This document shows, piece by piece, positions 37,982 through 46,369 of a stretch of 64,000 nt of DNA. Below the pieces are notes generated by a model. That model saw nothing but the letters and a program-made list of their open reading frames with translations, searched no databases and was not told the origin of the DNA. Each line of letters opens with the position of its first letter. Position 1 is the stretch's first letter. Origin of the DNA: an uncultured Gemmatimonadaceae bacterium (GTDB taxonomy: Bacteria > Gemmatimonadota > Gemmatimonadetes > Gemmatimonadales > Gemmatimonadaceae); contig CAVUDW010000002.1 of NCBI GenBank assembly GCA_963740355.1, positions 672,001 to 736,000 of the forward strand. The letters run 5' to 3'. Both the position numbers and the translations under genes were made by a program.

Positions 37982-38578
37982 TCAACGCACGTCTTTGCGG
38001 TGATCCGGGCCGGACTCTTCGTCCATCTCCTCGTCTTCGGCTTGCAGGCGGGCGATTTCTTCCGGCGTGAGCCGGCGAAGCAGCTCAGGATACTGATCCT
38101 TCTCCTCTTCCCATTCGCGCATCGCCTGGCGGCGCTTGAGGATCGAGAGGTGATCGAGAAAGAGCTTGCCATGCAAGTGATCGATCTCGTGCTGCAGGCA
38201 GGTGCCGAAGAGGTCAGTGCCTTCGAGTGTGATCGGCTTCATGTCCACGTCCAGTGCCTGCACGGTGACCTTCCCCGAACGCTCCACTTCGTAGTGGATG
38301 TCCGGGATGGAGAGACACCCTTCTTCACGCTTGCTCTTGCCGCTCTTGAGCGTGATGACCGGATTGATGAGCGCGATCGGATTCTTGTCCACGTCAACGA
38401 CTGCGATGCGCTCGATGCGACCGACCTGCGGCGCGGCGAGGCCGATGCCCTTGGCGGCGTACATCGTGTCGAACATGTCGGACACGAGTGTGCGCAGCTC
38501 GGTGGTCATCTGCTGCACCGGCTGCGTTTCCTTGCGCAAGATCGGGCTGCCGAGGACGTAGATGTCGAGCAATGCCAT
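37982..38578 (-). CDS. def: Peptide deformylase
   Basis: GIGLAAPQVG, EGCLS, QHEIDHL. Confidence 0.95.
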   Translation of the reverse strand: MALLDIYVLGSPILRKETQPVQQMTTELRTLVSDMFDTMYAAKGIGLAAPQVGRIERIAVVDVDKNPIALINPVITLKSGKSKREEGCLSIPDIHYEVERSGKVTVQALDVDMKPITLEGTDLFGTCLQHEIDHLHGKLFLDHLSILKRRQAMREWEEEKDQYPELLRRLTPEEIARLQAEDEEMDEESGPDHRKDVR

Positions 38579-38940
38579 CAGGCGACCTTGTCCGCGCTGG
38601 AGCTGGTGCCGGACGGGGAGGAGATCTTGGCGATGCGACCGCGCTCGATGATGAGGCGTGATTCGCCGCTCTTGATGGTGATCTCGTCGTCGGCGCTGGG
38701 TGCGGCGGCCGACTTGATGTGCTGCACTTCGCCCACGAGGCCACCGGCGGTGACGATGCGATCTCCCTTCTTCAGTTCGAGGATCGCCGACTCGTGCTTC
38801 TTCCGCTGCTGCTGCTGCGGGCGGATGAGCAGGAAGTAGAAGATCGCGAAGATGCCGCCGTACATCAGAAGCGGGGCGATCACTGCCTGTCCGCCAGGAA
38901 ACTGGAGGATGGCGAGGGAGGCGAGCGGCAGGGAGGTCAT
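38578..38940 (-). CDS. yajC: Preprotein translocase subunit YajC
   Basis: FYFLLIRPQ, LKKGDRIVTAGGL. Confidence 0.92.
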   Translation of the reverse strand: MTSLPLASLAILQFPGGQAVIAPLLMYGGIFAIFYFLLIRPQQQQRKKHESAILELKKGDRIVTAGGLVGEVQHIKSAAAPSADDEITIKSGESRLIIERGRIAKISSPSGTSSSADKVA

Positions 38941-40161
38941 TCGGAGCTGGACGGCTTGGCGTGATAGCGAAGGAGCCAATCCTGGCTCCAGGCGTCGAAG
39001 GTCCCGGCGCGGAGCGCTGTTCGCGCGTCACGCATCAGGGTGATGAGGAAAGATACGTTGTGCAGGGAGAGGAGCCGCAGTCCGAGCATCTCTTCGCTGA
39101 CGAAGAGGTGGCGGAGGTAGGCGCGGTCGTACTGGGTGCAGCAGGGGCAGGGGCAGCCTTCGACGAGGGGGCGGCGGTCATTGCGGAAGCTGCTTTTCCG
39201 GACCTGGACCTTGCCGTCGTTGGTGAAGGCGGTGCCGTTCCGGCCCATGCGGGTGGGTGCAACGCAGTCGAAGAGGTCCACACCGCGGCGGACGGCCTCG
39301 ACGAGGTCATCCGGGAAGCCGACGCCCATCATGTAGCGGGGGACGGTGCGGGGGATGACGGGGTCCACGACCTCGAGGGTGGCGTACATGTCGGGCTTGG
39401 ATTCGCCGACGGAGAGGCCGCCGATGGCGATGCCGTCCCAGTCGCCGCGGTCGAGGATGCCGCGGGCGGAGGCGACGCGGAGTTCGGGGTGGACGCCGCC
39501 CTGGATGATGGGGAAGAGGGTTTGGCGCGGGGGAATGATGTCGGTGGCAGCGTCGTGGGTTGCCATGGGAGGGGCGCCGGCCGGAACTTCGAAGTGGGGG
39601 GGGGCCCCCCGGCCTTCGCGCGTGATCCGGTCGAACTCCACCCGACACCGATCCAGCCACCGCAGGCTCCGCTCCATCGCCGACTTGCTGGCCGCAAACT
39701 CAGCCTGCCCCGCAATCAGCTCATCCAGCTGCATGATCACGTCCGCGCCGATGTTGCGCTCGATGCGCATGACGCTCTCGGGCGTGTAGTCGTGCTTCGA
39801 GCCATCGATATGGCTCTGGAAGATCACGCCCTCTTCGCTGACTTTCCGCAGGCTGGACAGCGAGAACACCTGGAATCCGCCCGAATCGGTCAGCATCGGG
39901 CCGTTCCAGCGTGTGAATGCATGCAGACCCGCCCAGTGCGCGCACCATCATGTCGCCTGGGCGCAGATACAGGTGGTAGGCGTTGGAGAGGATCATCTGC
40001 CCGCCCGCTGCAGCCACCTCTTCGACGCTCAGGCCCTTGATGGTGCCGTGGGTGCCGACGGGCATGAACGCGGGGGTTTCGACGACGCCGTGGGGCGTCG
40101 AGAACCAGCCGAGGCGCGCGCTGCCGGATTCGTGGGAGGTGCGGAAGGAGAAGTCGGACAT
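38937..40161 (-). CDS. tgt: Queuine tRNA-ribosyltransferase, with apparent +1 frameshift near 39929
   Basis: TPAFMPVGT, NAYHLYLRPG in one frame; LTDSGGFQV, DCVAPTR, CPCPCC in the next; removing one G restores GGLHAF. Confidence 0.9.
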
Positions 40162-40366
40162 GATTCGTGATTCAATGAGGGCGACGGTTTGCGCCCCAGC
40201 ACTGAAAGGGCAACTGCCTTGACGCAAAACAGCCAAACTGCGAACGGCGAAAGCCGCAAAACTGGAACTGCCGCAAAACGGCTACTCCAACGAAGCATGC
40301 AGCGCCGAAAACTATCATGGTCATGATGTCGCGCGAAAACTTTCAAGGCAGGTGTGAAGCACCTGC

Positions 40367-41416
40367 TCAGAGAATCAGCATCGCATCCCCATACGAATAG
40401 AACCGATACTGCTGCTCGATTGCCTCACGATACGCGCGCATCGTGAGCTCGTACCCCGCGAACGCCGCCACCAGCATCACCAGCGTGGACTTCGGCAGGT
40501 GAAAGTTCGTCAGAAGGTGATCGACGAGCTTGAAGCGGTACGGCGGATAAATGAAGATGCTGGTCTCGCCTTCGCGTGCCGCGAGCTGGCCGTCATCATG
40601 CGCTGCACTTTCGAGCGTGCGCATCGAAGTCGTTCCCACGGCCCATACGCTGCGGCCAGCGCGCTTCACGTCATTCACGACAGCCGCGGTCGCCGTCGAG
40701 ACCTGATACGACTCCTCATGCATCACATGCTCGAGCGGATCATCGACGCTGATCGGCCGAAAGGTACCAGCGCCGACATGCAGCACCACTTCCGCGCGCC
40801 GCACTCCCTTCGCGGACAACGCCGCCAGCACGTCGTCCGTGAAATGCAGCCCCGCCGTCGGCGCCGCCACGCTCCCGGCTTGCTGCGCATACACGGTCTG
40901 ATACCGCTCGGCATCGTCACTCGTGTCGCCGCGTGTCATGTACGGGGGCAACGGAATATGACCGTACTTCTCGATCGCCGCGGCCGAATCGTGCGCCGCG
41001 TGCAAGCGCACGTACTTGGTGCCGCGCTCGGTCGGCTCCAGCATCTCGATGCGGAAATCGTCGGCGATGGTCACCATCTTTCCGGCTTGCAGCTTGGCGC
41101 CTGGCTGCACCATCGCTTCCCAGACCTCGTCGCCGAGGGCTTTCAGCAGCAGCACTTCGGCCGGCGCACCCGACGGACGTGTGCCGAGCAGTCGGGCGCG
41201 AATCACCTTGGTCGTGTTCACCGCCAACGCGTCGCCGGCCGGGATGAAATCGACGATCTCGCGAAACAGGTGGTGCGAAATTGTGCCCGCTGCGCGATCG
41301 ACGACCAGCAACCGACTGCCATCACGACGCTCCATCGGCGCCTGCGCGATCAGCGATTCGGGAAGCGTGAAGTCGTAGTCAGAAACGCGCGTGCCATCAG
41401 GTGTTCGTTCACTCAT
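40367..41416 (-). CDS. queA: S-adenosylmethionine:tRNA ribosyltransferase-isomerase
   Basis: LPPY, YQTVYA, AAPTAGLHF, LHVGAGTF, TNFHLPKSTL, YSYGDAM. Confidence 0.95.
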   Translation of the reverse strand: MSERTPDGTRVSDYDFTLPESLIAQAPMERRDGSRLLVVDRAAGTISHHLFREIVDFIPAGDALAVNTTKVIRARLLGTRPSGAPAEVLLLKALGDEVWEAMVQPGAKLQAGKMVTIADDFRIEMLEPTERGTKYVRLHAAHDSAAAIEKYGHIPLPPYMTRGDTSDDAERYQTVYAQQAGSVAAPTAGLHFTDDVLAALSAKGVRRAEVVLHVGAGTFRPISVDDPLEHVMHEESYQVSTATAAVVNDVKRAGRSVWAVGTTSMRTLESAAHDDGQLAAREGETSIFIYPPYRFKLVDHLLTNFHLPKSTLVMLVAAFAGYELTMRAYREAIEQQYRFYSYGDAMLIL

Positions 41417-41458
41417 GCGCAGAATCTAGCCTTCCTGGGGAGGCGTCCTGCTCCAGCT

Positions 41459-41997
41459 GAGGAACTCCGTCCTCATGAGCTCAGGAACTCCGTCCCCCAA
41501 TAACCAAAACCGCACGCGACACGACCAGCGCGGCTGCGGTCGCACTCCGTGAGCTCCGTGGCCTCCCCCTCATTAGCCGTTCCTTCCCTCGCGATTGCGA
41601 GCGACCGCTGCACCGCGCACCGACGCTAACCGCAATTGGGAGGGAGGCCACGGAGCTCACGGAGTGCTCCAATTGCAACCTTGGCCTCTTCCCCAGCAAC
41701 GGTGCTGAAGGGAACTGCTGGAGGAACTCCGTCCTCGTCAGACCACGAACTCCGTCCCCAAAGAATCAAAATCGCTCGCGGTGCGACGGACGCTGCTGCG
41801 GTCGCACTCCGTGAGCTCCGTGCGCTCCCCCTCATTGCAGTTGCTTCCCTCGCGATCGCGAGCGGAGGATGCAACGCGCACCGACGCTAACGGCAATTGG
41901 GGGGGAGGCCACGGAGCTCACGGAGTGCTCCGGTAGCAGCCTTGGCCTCTTCCCCAGCAACGGTGCTGAAGGGAACTGCTGGAGGAACTCCGTCCCC
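41459..41997. repeat. Tandem array of ~262-bp REPIN/BIME-like hairpin units
   Basis: GAGGAACTCCGTCC recurs at 41459, 41721 and 41982; 26-bp inverted arms at 41542-41567/41642-41667 and 41804-41829/41903-41928. Confidence 0.92.
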
Positions 41998-42016
41998 AAC
42001 GCGCGCCCAGCCTACG

Positions 42017-43048
42017 TCAGAACAGCGATGCTTGCGGTCCGGCCGCATCACCCGGCGGCGTGTAGCCGAAGTGCCGGTATGCAATCGCCGTCGCCACGCG
42101 ACCACGCGGTGTGCGCTGCAGGAAGCCGTTCTGCACCAGGAAGGGCTCGTACACTTCCTCGATCGTGCCTTCGTCTTCACCCACCGCTGCGGCGACGGTC
42201 TTCAGGCCGACCGGACCGCCGTCGAACATCTCGATGATGGCGCGCAGGATTCGCGCGTCCATGTCGTCCAAACCGAAGGCATCGACTTCCAGCAACTCGA
42301 GCGCCGCATCGGCAACCGCCTTGTCGATCACACCATTGGCCTTCACCTGCGCATAGTCGCGCACGCGGCGAAGCAGACGATTCGCCACTCGCGGCGTGCC
42401 ACGCGCGCGTCGTGCCAGCTCGTGCGCTCCTTCCGGCGTGATCTTGCAGTCCATCACTAGTGCGGTGCGCTTCACGACCTGCTCGAGATCTTCGGTCGGG
42501 TAGTACTTGAGCTGCTGATGGATGCCGAAACGCGCGCGCATCGGCGCCGTCAACATGCCGAGACGCGTAGTGGCGCCGATGAGCGTGAACTTCTCCACCG
42601 GCATCGTGATCGTCTGCGCCTTCGGGCCATCCGACAAGCGGATGTCCACCCGGAAATCTTCCATCGCCGGATAGAGAAACTCCTCGATCACTGGACGCAG
42701 CCGATGGATCTCGTCGATGAAGAGGATGTCCCCTTCGCGCAGGTTGGTCAGCGTGCCGACCAGGTCACCTGGTTTCTCCAGCGCCGGACCGGCGGTGGTG
42801 CGGATGTTCACGCCCATCTCGCGCGCGATGAGCTCGGCCAGTGTCGTCTTTCCCAGGCCAGGGGGGCCGAAGAAGAGCACATGATCGAGCGGCTCCTTCC
42901 GGCTCTGCGCCGCGTCGATGTAGATGCGCAGCGAGTCCTTCACCTTCGGCTGCCCGATGAATTCGGACAGCTTCTGCGGGCGCAGCGACAGTTCCACTAG
43001 GGAATCCTCGTCCATCGCCTCGGGCGTGGTGATTTCGGCGCGCGTCAT
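42017..43048 (-). CDS. ruvB: Holliday junction branch migration helicase RuvB
   Basis: [35 protein letters not shown]. Confidence 0.96.
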   Translation of the reverse strand: MTRAEITTPEAMDEDSLVELSLRPQKLSEFIGQPKVKDSLRIYIDAAQSRKEPLDHVLFFGPPGLGKTTLAELIAREMGVNIRTTAGPALEKPGDLVGTLTNLREGDILFIDEIHRLRPVIEEFLYPAMEDFRVDIRLSDGPKAQTITMPVEKFTLIGATTRLGMLTAPMRARFGIHQQLKYYPTEDLEQVVKRTALVMDCKITPEGAHELARRARGTPRVANRLLRRVRDYAQVKANGVIDKAVADAALELLEVDAFGLDDMDARILRAIIEMFDGGPVGLKTVAAAVGEDEGTIEEVYEPFLVQNGFLQRTPRGRVATAIAYRHFGYTPPGDAAGPQASLF

Positions 43049-43092
43049 GGGTGACAGATTACCCGAATAAACACCGGAACGCTATCGCCGCA

Positions 43093-43692
43093 TTACCGCG
43101 ACCCGAGCCGAGCCAATGCAGCCCGGATCAGCGCCGCCGTGCTCTCCTTCCCTTCGCCAGCGTCGAGCGCGGCCCGGATCCCCGACTCGGCATCGACCGA
43201 CCCGTAGCCCAGCGACTGCAGCGCACGCACGGCGTCGTCCACGCCAACCCCACCGGTCGCGGTGATCGAAGCCGCCCCGCGCTGCAGGTCGTCCACCTTG
43301 TCGGCCAGGTCGAGAATGAGCTGGTCGGCCTTCTTCTTCCCCAGCCCCTTCACCTGCTGCAGCGTCGCCACGTCGCGCTCACGAATGGCACGCACCAGCC
43401 GCTCGGCGCTCAACGCCGACAACATGTTGAGCGACAGCTGCGGCCCGAAGCCCTTCGCATTCAGCAGGCGCATGAAGACGTTGCGCTCATACGTCGTGCC
43501 GAAGCCGAAGAGCTGCCAGCCGTCTTCCTTTACGACCAGATGTGTGTGCAGTCGCACCGCTTCACCGGTCTTCGGCAGCATCTCGAAGGTCGAGAGCGGA
43601 ATGGCCAGCGTGTAGCCGACGCCTCCAGAGGTGAGCACTTCCACACTGGTGAGGTCGCGCTCCAGCAGCGTCCCGACGAGCAGCGTGATCAT
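43093..43692 (-). CDS. ruvA: Holliday junction DNA-binding protein RuvA
   Basis: GGVGY, LFGF, GFGP, KGLGKK, ALQSLGY. Confidence 0.93.
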   Translation of the reverse strand: MITLLVGTLLERDLTSVEVLTSGGVGYTLAIPLSTFEMLPKTGEAVRLHTHLVVKEDGWQLFGFGTTYERNVFMRLLNAKGFGPQLSLNMLSALSAERLVRAIRERDVATLQQVKGLGKKKADQLILDLADKVDDLQRGAASITATGGVGVDDAVRALQSLGYGSVDAESGIRAALDAGEGKESTAALIRAALARLGSR

Positions 43693-44198
43693 CGCCCGCG
43701 CCCCGCGCCCGCCAGCAGCGCGGTGGTCCGTGCGTTGAGCAGGCAGGTGAGCGCTGCCGCAACACCGTCAGCGGCGTCGTTCGGACTTGGCACCGACTTC
43801 AGGCGCAGCAATGTCTTGACCATGAACTGCACCTGTTCCTTGGTGGCGCCGCCCTGCCCGGTGATCGCTTTCTTGATCTCGGCCGGCGGATACTCGTGAA
43901 TCGTGATCCCTGCCTGCGCGCCCGCCAGCAACAACACGCCGCGTGCATGGCCGAGTGTGACGGTGGTGCGCACGTTACGCGCGTAGAAGATCGACTCCAC
44001 CGCCAAGGCGTCCGGCTTGTGTCGCGCAATCAACTTCGAGACACCCTCGAAAATCTCGACCAGTCGGTTCGCCAGCGGGTCACGCGGTGACGTACGAAAA
44101 ACTCCGCACTCCACCAGCGTGCCGCTACCGCGTCCATCACCACGCACCACGCCGAAGCCTGTGATGGCGGTGCCGGGATCGAGGCCGAGGACGAGCAG
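43689..44198 (-). CDS. ruvC: Crossover junction endodeoxyribonuclease RuvC (CTG start)
   Basis: VLGLDPG, AVESIF, LGHARG, IKKAITG, DAADG; N-terminus extends past the ORF-track start to a CTG behind a GGGAG RBS. Confidence 0.9.
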   Translation of the reverse strand: MLVLGLDPGTAITGFGVVRGDGRGSGTLVECGVFRTSPRDPLANRLVEIFEGVSKLIARHKPDALAVESIFYARNVRTTVTLGHARGVLLLAGAQAGITIHEYPPAEIKKAITGQGGATKEQVQFMVKTLLRLKSVPSPNDAADGVAAALTCLLNARTTALLAGAGRGR

Positions 44199-44213
44199 GG
44201 TTACTCCCGCTCG

Positions 44214-44951
44214 TCAGTCGTCAAGCGCCGCTTCGTCGATGTCGAAGTTGCCTTCGACATTCTGCACGTCGTCCAGATCCTCGAGCACGTCGAGCAGCTT
44301 CACCAGGCTCTTTGCGTCGTCGCCGGTGACGTGCACAGTGCTCTGCGGCATCCATTCCAGCTTGGCCTCGGCGATCTTGAGCCCCTTCGCCTCGAGTGCT
44401 TCCTTCACGGCGTGCAGCTCGGTCGGCTCGGTGGTGACGGCGAAGGTGTCGTCCTCGCGCGCGAAATCACTGGCGCCGGCGTCGAGCGCGACTTCCATCA
44501 TCGAGTCCTCATCGCCCGCGGCCGGGAAATAGATCCGGCCCTTCCGGTCGAACATGAAGGACACCGAATTGCTGGTGCCGAGGTTGCCGCCATTGCGCGT
44601 CAGCTTGGCGCGGATGTCGGCCACCGTACGCGTCGGGTTGTCGGTGAGCGCCTGGATCATCAGGGCGACACCACCCGGGCCGTACGCCTCGTAGGTGATT
44701 TCGACGTATTCGACGCCTTCCAGTTCGCCGGTGCCCTTCTTCACCGCGCGATCGATGTTGTCCTTGGGCATCGACTGCGCGCGTGCCGCATCGATCGCGG
44801 TGCGCAGGCGCGGATTGCCACCCGGATCGCCGCCACCGGCCTTGGCCGCGACCGTGATTTCACGAATCAGCTTGGTGAAGACAGCACCGCGCTTTGCGTC
44901 GGTCGCCGCCTTGGCGTGCTTGATGTTCTTCCACTTACTGTGGCCAGCCAT
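44214..44951 (-). CDS. yebC: YebC/PmpR family protein
   Basis: MAGHSKW, NPRLR, YEAYGPGG, LDDVQNV. Confidence 0.95.
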   Translation of the reverse strand: MAGHSKWKNIKHAKAATDAKRGAVFTKLIREITVAAKAGGGDPGGNPRLRTAIDAARAQSMPKDNIDRAVKKGTGELEGVEYVEITYEAYGPGGVALMIQALTDNPTRTVADIRAKLTRNGGNLGTSNSVSFMFDRKGRIYFPAAGDEDSMMEVALDAGASDFAREDDTFAVTTEPTELHAVKEALEAKGLKIAEAKLEWMPQSTVHVTGDDAKSLVKLLDVLEDLDDVQNVEGNFDIDEAALDD

Positions 44952-45014
44952 GACAGCTCCGTGCAGTTCTGCGTTGTAGGGGTCAGCCGCGAAAGATAAG
45001 CCGGTTGTGCCCGG

Positions 45015-45854
45015 TTACGACTCGATCAGGTCTTCGACGCGCCCGGCGCCGGGTTCGATATACAGGTCAGTGAAGGCGCTCGGTGCCGATCGGTGCTTCA
45101 GGACATGGACCTCGAACGCCCCCGCCACATCCGGGGCGTCATCATACAGCCCCTCGCGGAAGACGCCGAGCACGACATCGGCGACGCTGGCGGCGCTGGC
45201 GAGGATGCCGAAGTCGGAAAGCGTCGGGCGCGGTGGGGGTGTAAGGGTGCGATCAGTGGCCAGCGGCGCCGTCAGGAGGACTGCCACATCCATCTCGACG
45301 GCAATCCGCTTGGCGAGCCGAACAGCCTGCGCCTGCGCCTCGGCCACCGGCCGCGGTGCCTGGTCCAGACCGGCGAGCCCGTCGATGATCACCAGCGGCG
45401 GGAGCTCACCCGCCTCCAGCCTCTCCGCGAGCAGGGCGGGGGTGTGCGGCGCCCGCTCGACCGAGATCGGCAGGCGGCGGAGCACGTCGGCGGCGGATTT
45501 TAAAGCGTCAGCGGCACCGCTCGGCAGGACGCCGGTCCTCACGGCGATATGCATCACACCGGACTCTGCCGTCACAAGTCGTTCCCAGCATTGAGCTTCG
45601 GTCGACTCATGGGTGAGGATGACGACCGGATATCCGGCGACTGCGGCACGGATCGCGACGCCAAGCGCGAGCGACGTCTTGCCCGCGCCGGCATCACCAC
45701 CGAGCACGGTCAGCTCGCCTCGCCGGAGTCCGCCGGCCAGCAGCCGATCCAGCGACGGGTACCCGGTGGTCACCAGATCCGGTGCCGGCAGCGGTTTGGC
45801 TTCGGTGGCAAGGCGCTGGAGGACGGAGTTCAGCAGTTCACGACTGGTGGGCAT
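45015..45854 (-). CDS. Stand-alone DnaB-like helicase C-terminal (RecA-fold) domain protein
   Basis: TGYPSLD, GDAGAGKT, VIIDGL, PTLSDF, ADVVL, KHR; no DnaB N-terminal domain. Confidence 0.75.
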   Translation of the reverse strand: MPTSRELLNSVLQRLATEAKPLPAPDLVTTGYPSLDRLLAGGLRRGELTVLGGDAGAGKTSLALGVAIRAAVAGYPVVILTHESTEAQCWERLVTAESGVMHIAVRTGVLPSGAADALKSAADVLRRLPISVERAPHTPALLAERLEAGELPPLVIIDGLAGLDQAPRPVAEAQAQAVRLAKRIAVEMDVAVLLTAPLATDRTLTPPPRPTLSDFGILASAASVADVVLGVFREGLYDDAPDVAGAFEVHVLKHRSAPSAFTDLYIEPGAGRVEDLIES

Positions 45855-46270
45855 CAGCGCATGGCGGCGAGAGAGGAGCGGCGGAGCAGCCGAGCGAGGG
45901 TGGTGAGCTCGGCACGTGCACTGTTGTTTAGCACCGCGTCGGCGGCATCCCGCATCGCGTCGATGGCGTCGGCCAGCATCGAGGGTTCGCGCTCGGCGGC
46001 GACATCGCAGGCGCGAGAGGCGGCGAGGCTGACCTCCCCCGGCATCGACTGTGCGGCCAGCCAGCGGCGGGTCGCCTCGGCGCGCAGCTGCAACGCCTCG
46101 GGATCGCTGAAGTCGGATTCGCGGGGAAGGCGCGGGAGCGCCAGTCGAGCGACCATCCAGCAGGCGAGGGCTGCGGTGCGGTCGCGTGGCTGTGGCAGGG
46201 CGGCCGACTGCGTCACCAGCGCCTTCAATGGCGCGGCCACAGGCAGGAGGAGGGCGGCGGGACGGTGCAC
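45854..46270 (-). CDS. Hypothetical alpha-helical protein
   Basis: ORF whose stop overlaps the DnaB-like start; start uncertain. Confidence 0.45.
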   Translation of the reverse strand: MHRPAALLLPVAAPLKALVTQSAALPQPRDRTAALACWMVARLALPRLPRESDFSDPEALQLRAEATRRWLAAQSMPGEVSLAASRACDVAAEREPSMLADAIDAMRDAADAVLNNSARAELTTLARLLRRSSLAAMR

Positions 46271-46369
46271 GTGGCAAAGGTACAACTACGCGTGGGAGTC
46301 GCGGCTGTCGGACGAATCCCGCTCGCGAGTGAACCTCCACGCTCCGCGATGGGGTAACTTCCGCGGATC

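Noticed and set aside
39915..39940. Programmed ribosomal frameshift in tgt as queuosine autoregulation
   Set aside because: No canonical slippery heptamer, and three unrelated genes show the same +1 homopolymer pattern, so sequencing error is more parsimonious.
41481..42237. Short ORFs with repeated GRPRSSRSA peptides
   Set aside because: They are translations of the inverted DNA repeats on both strands, with no recognisable protein motifs.
45015..45854. Prophage remnant
   Set aside because: No integrase, structural genes, att sites or obvious compositional shift around the DnaB-like gene.
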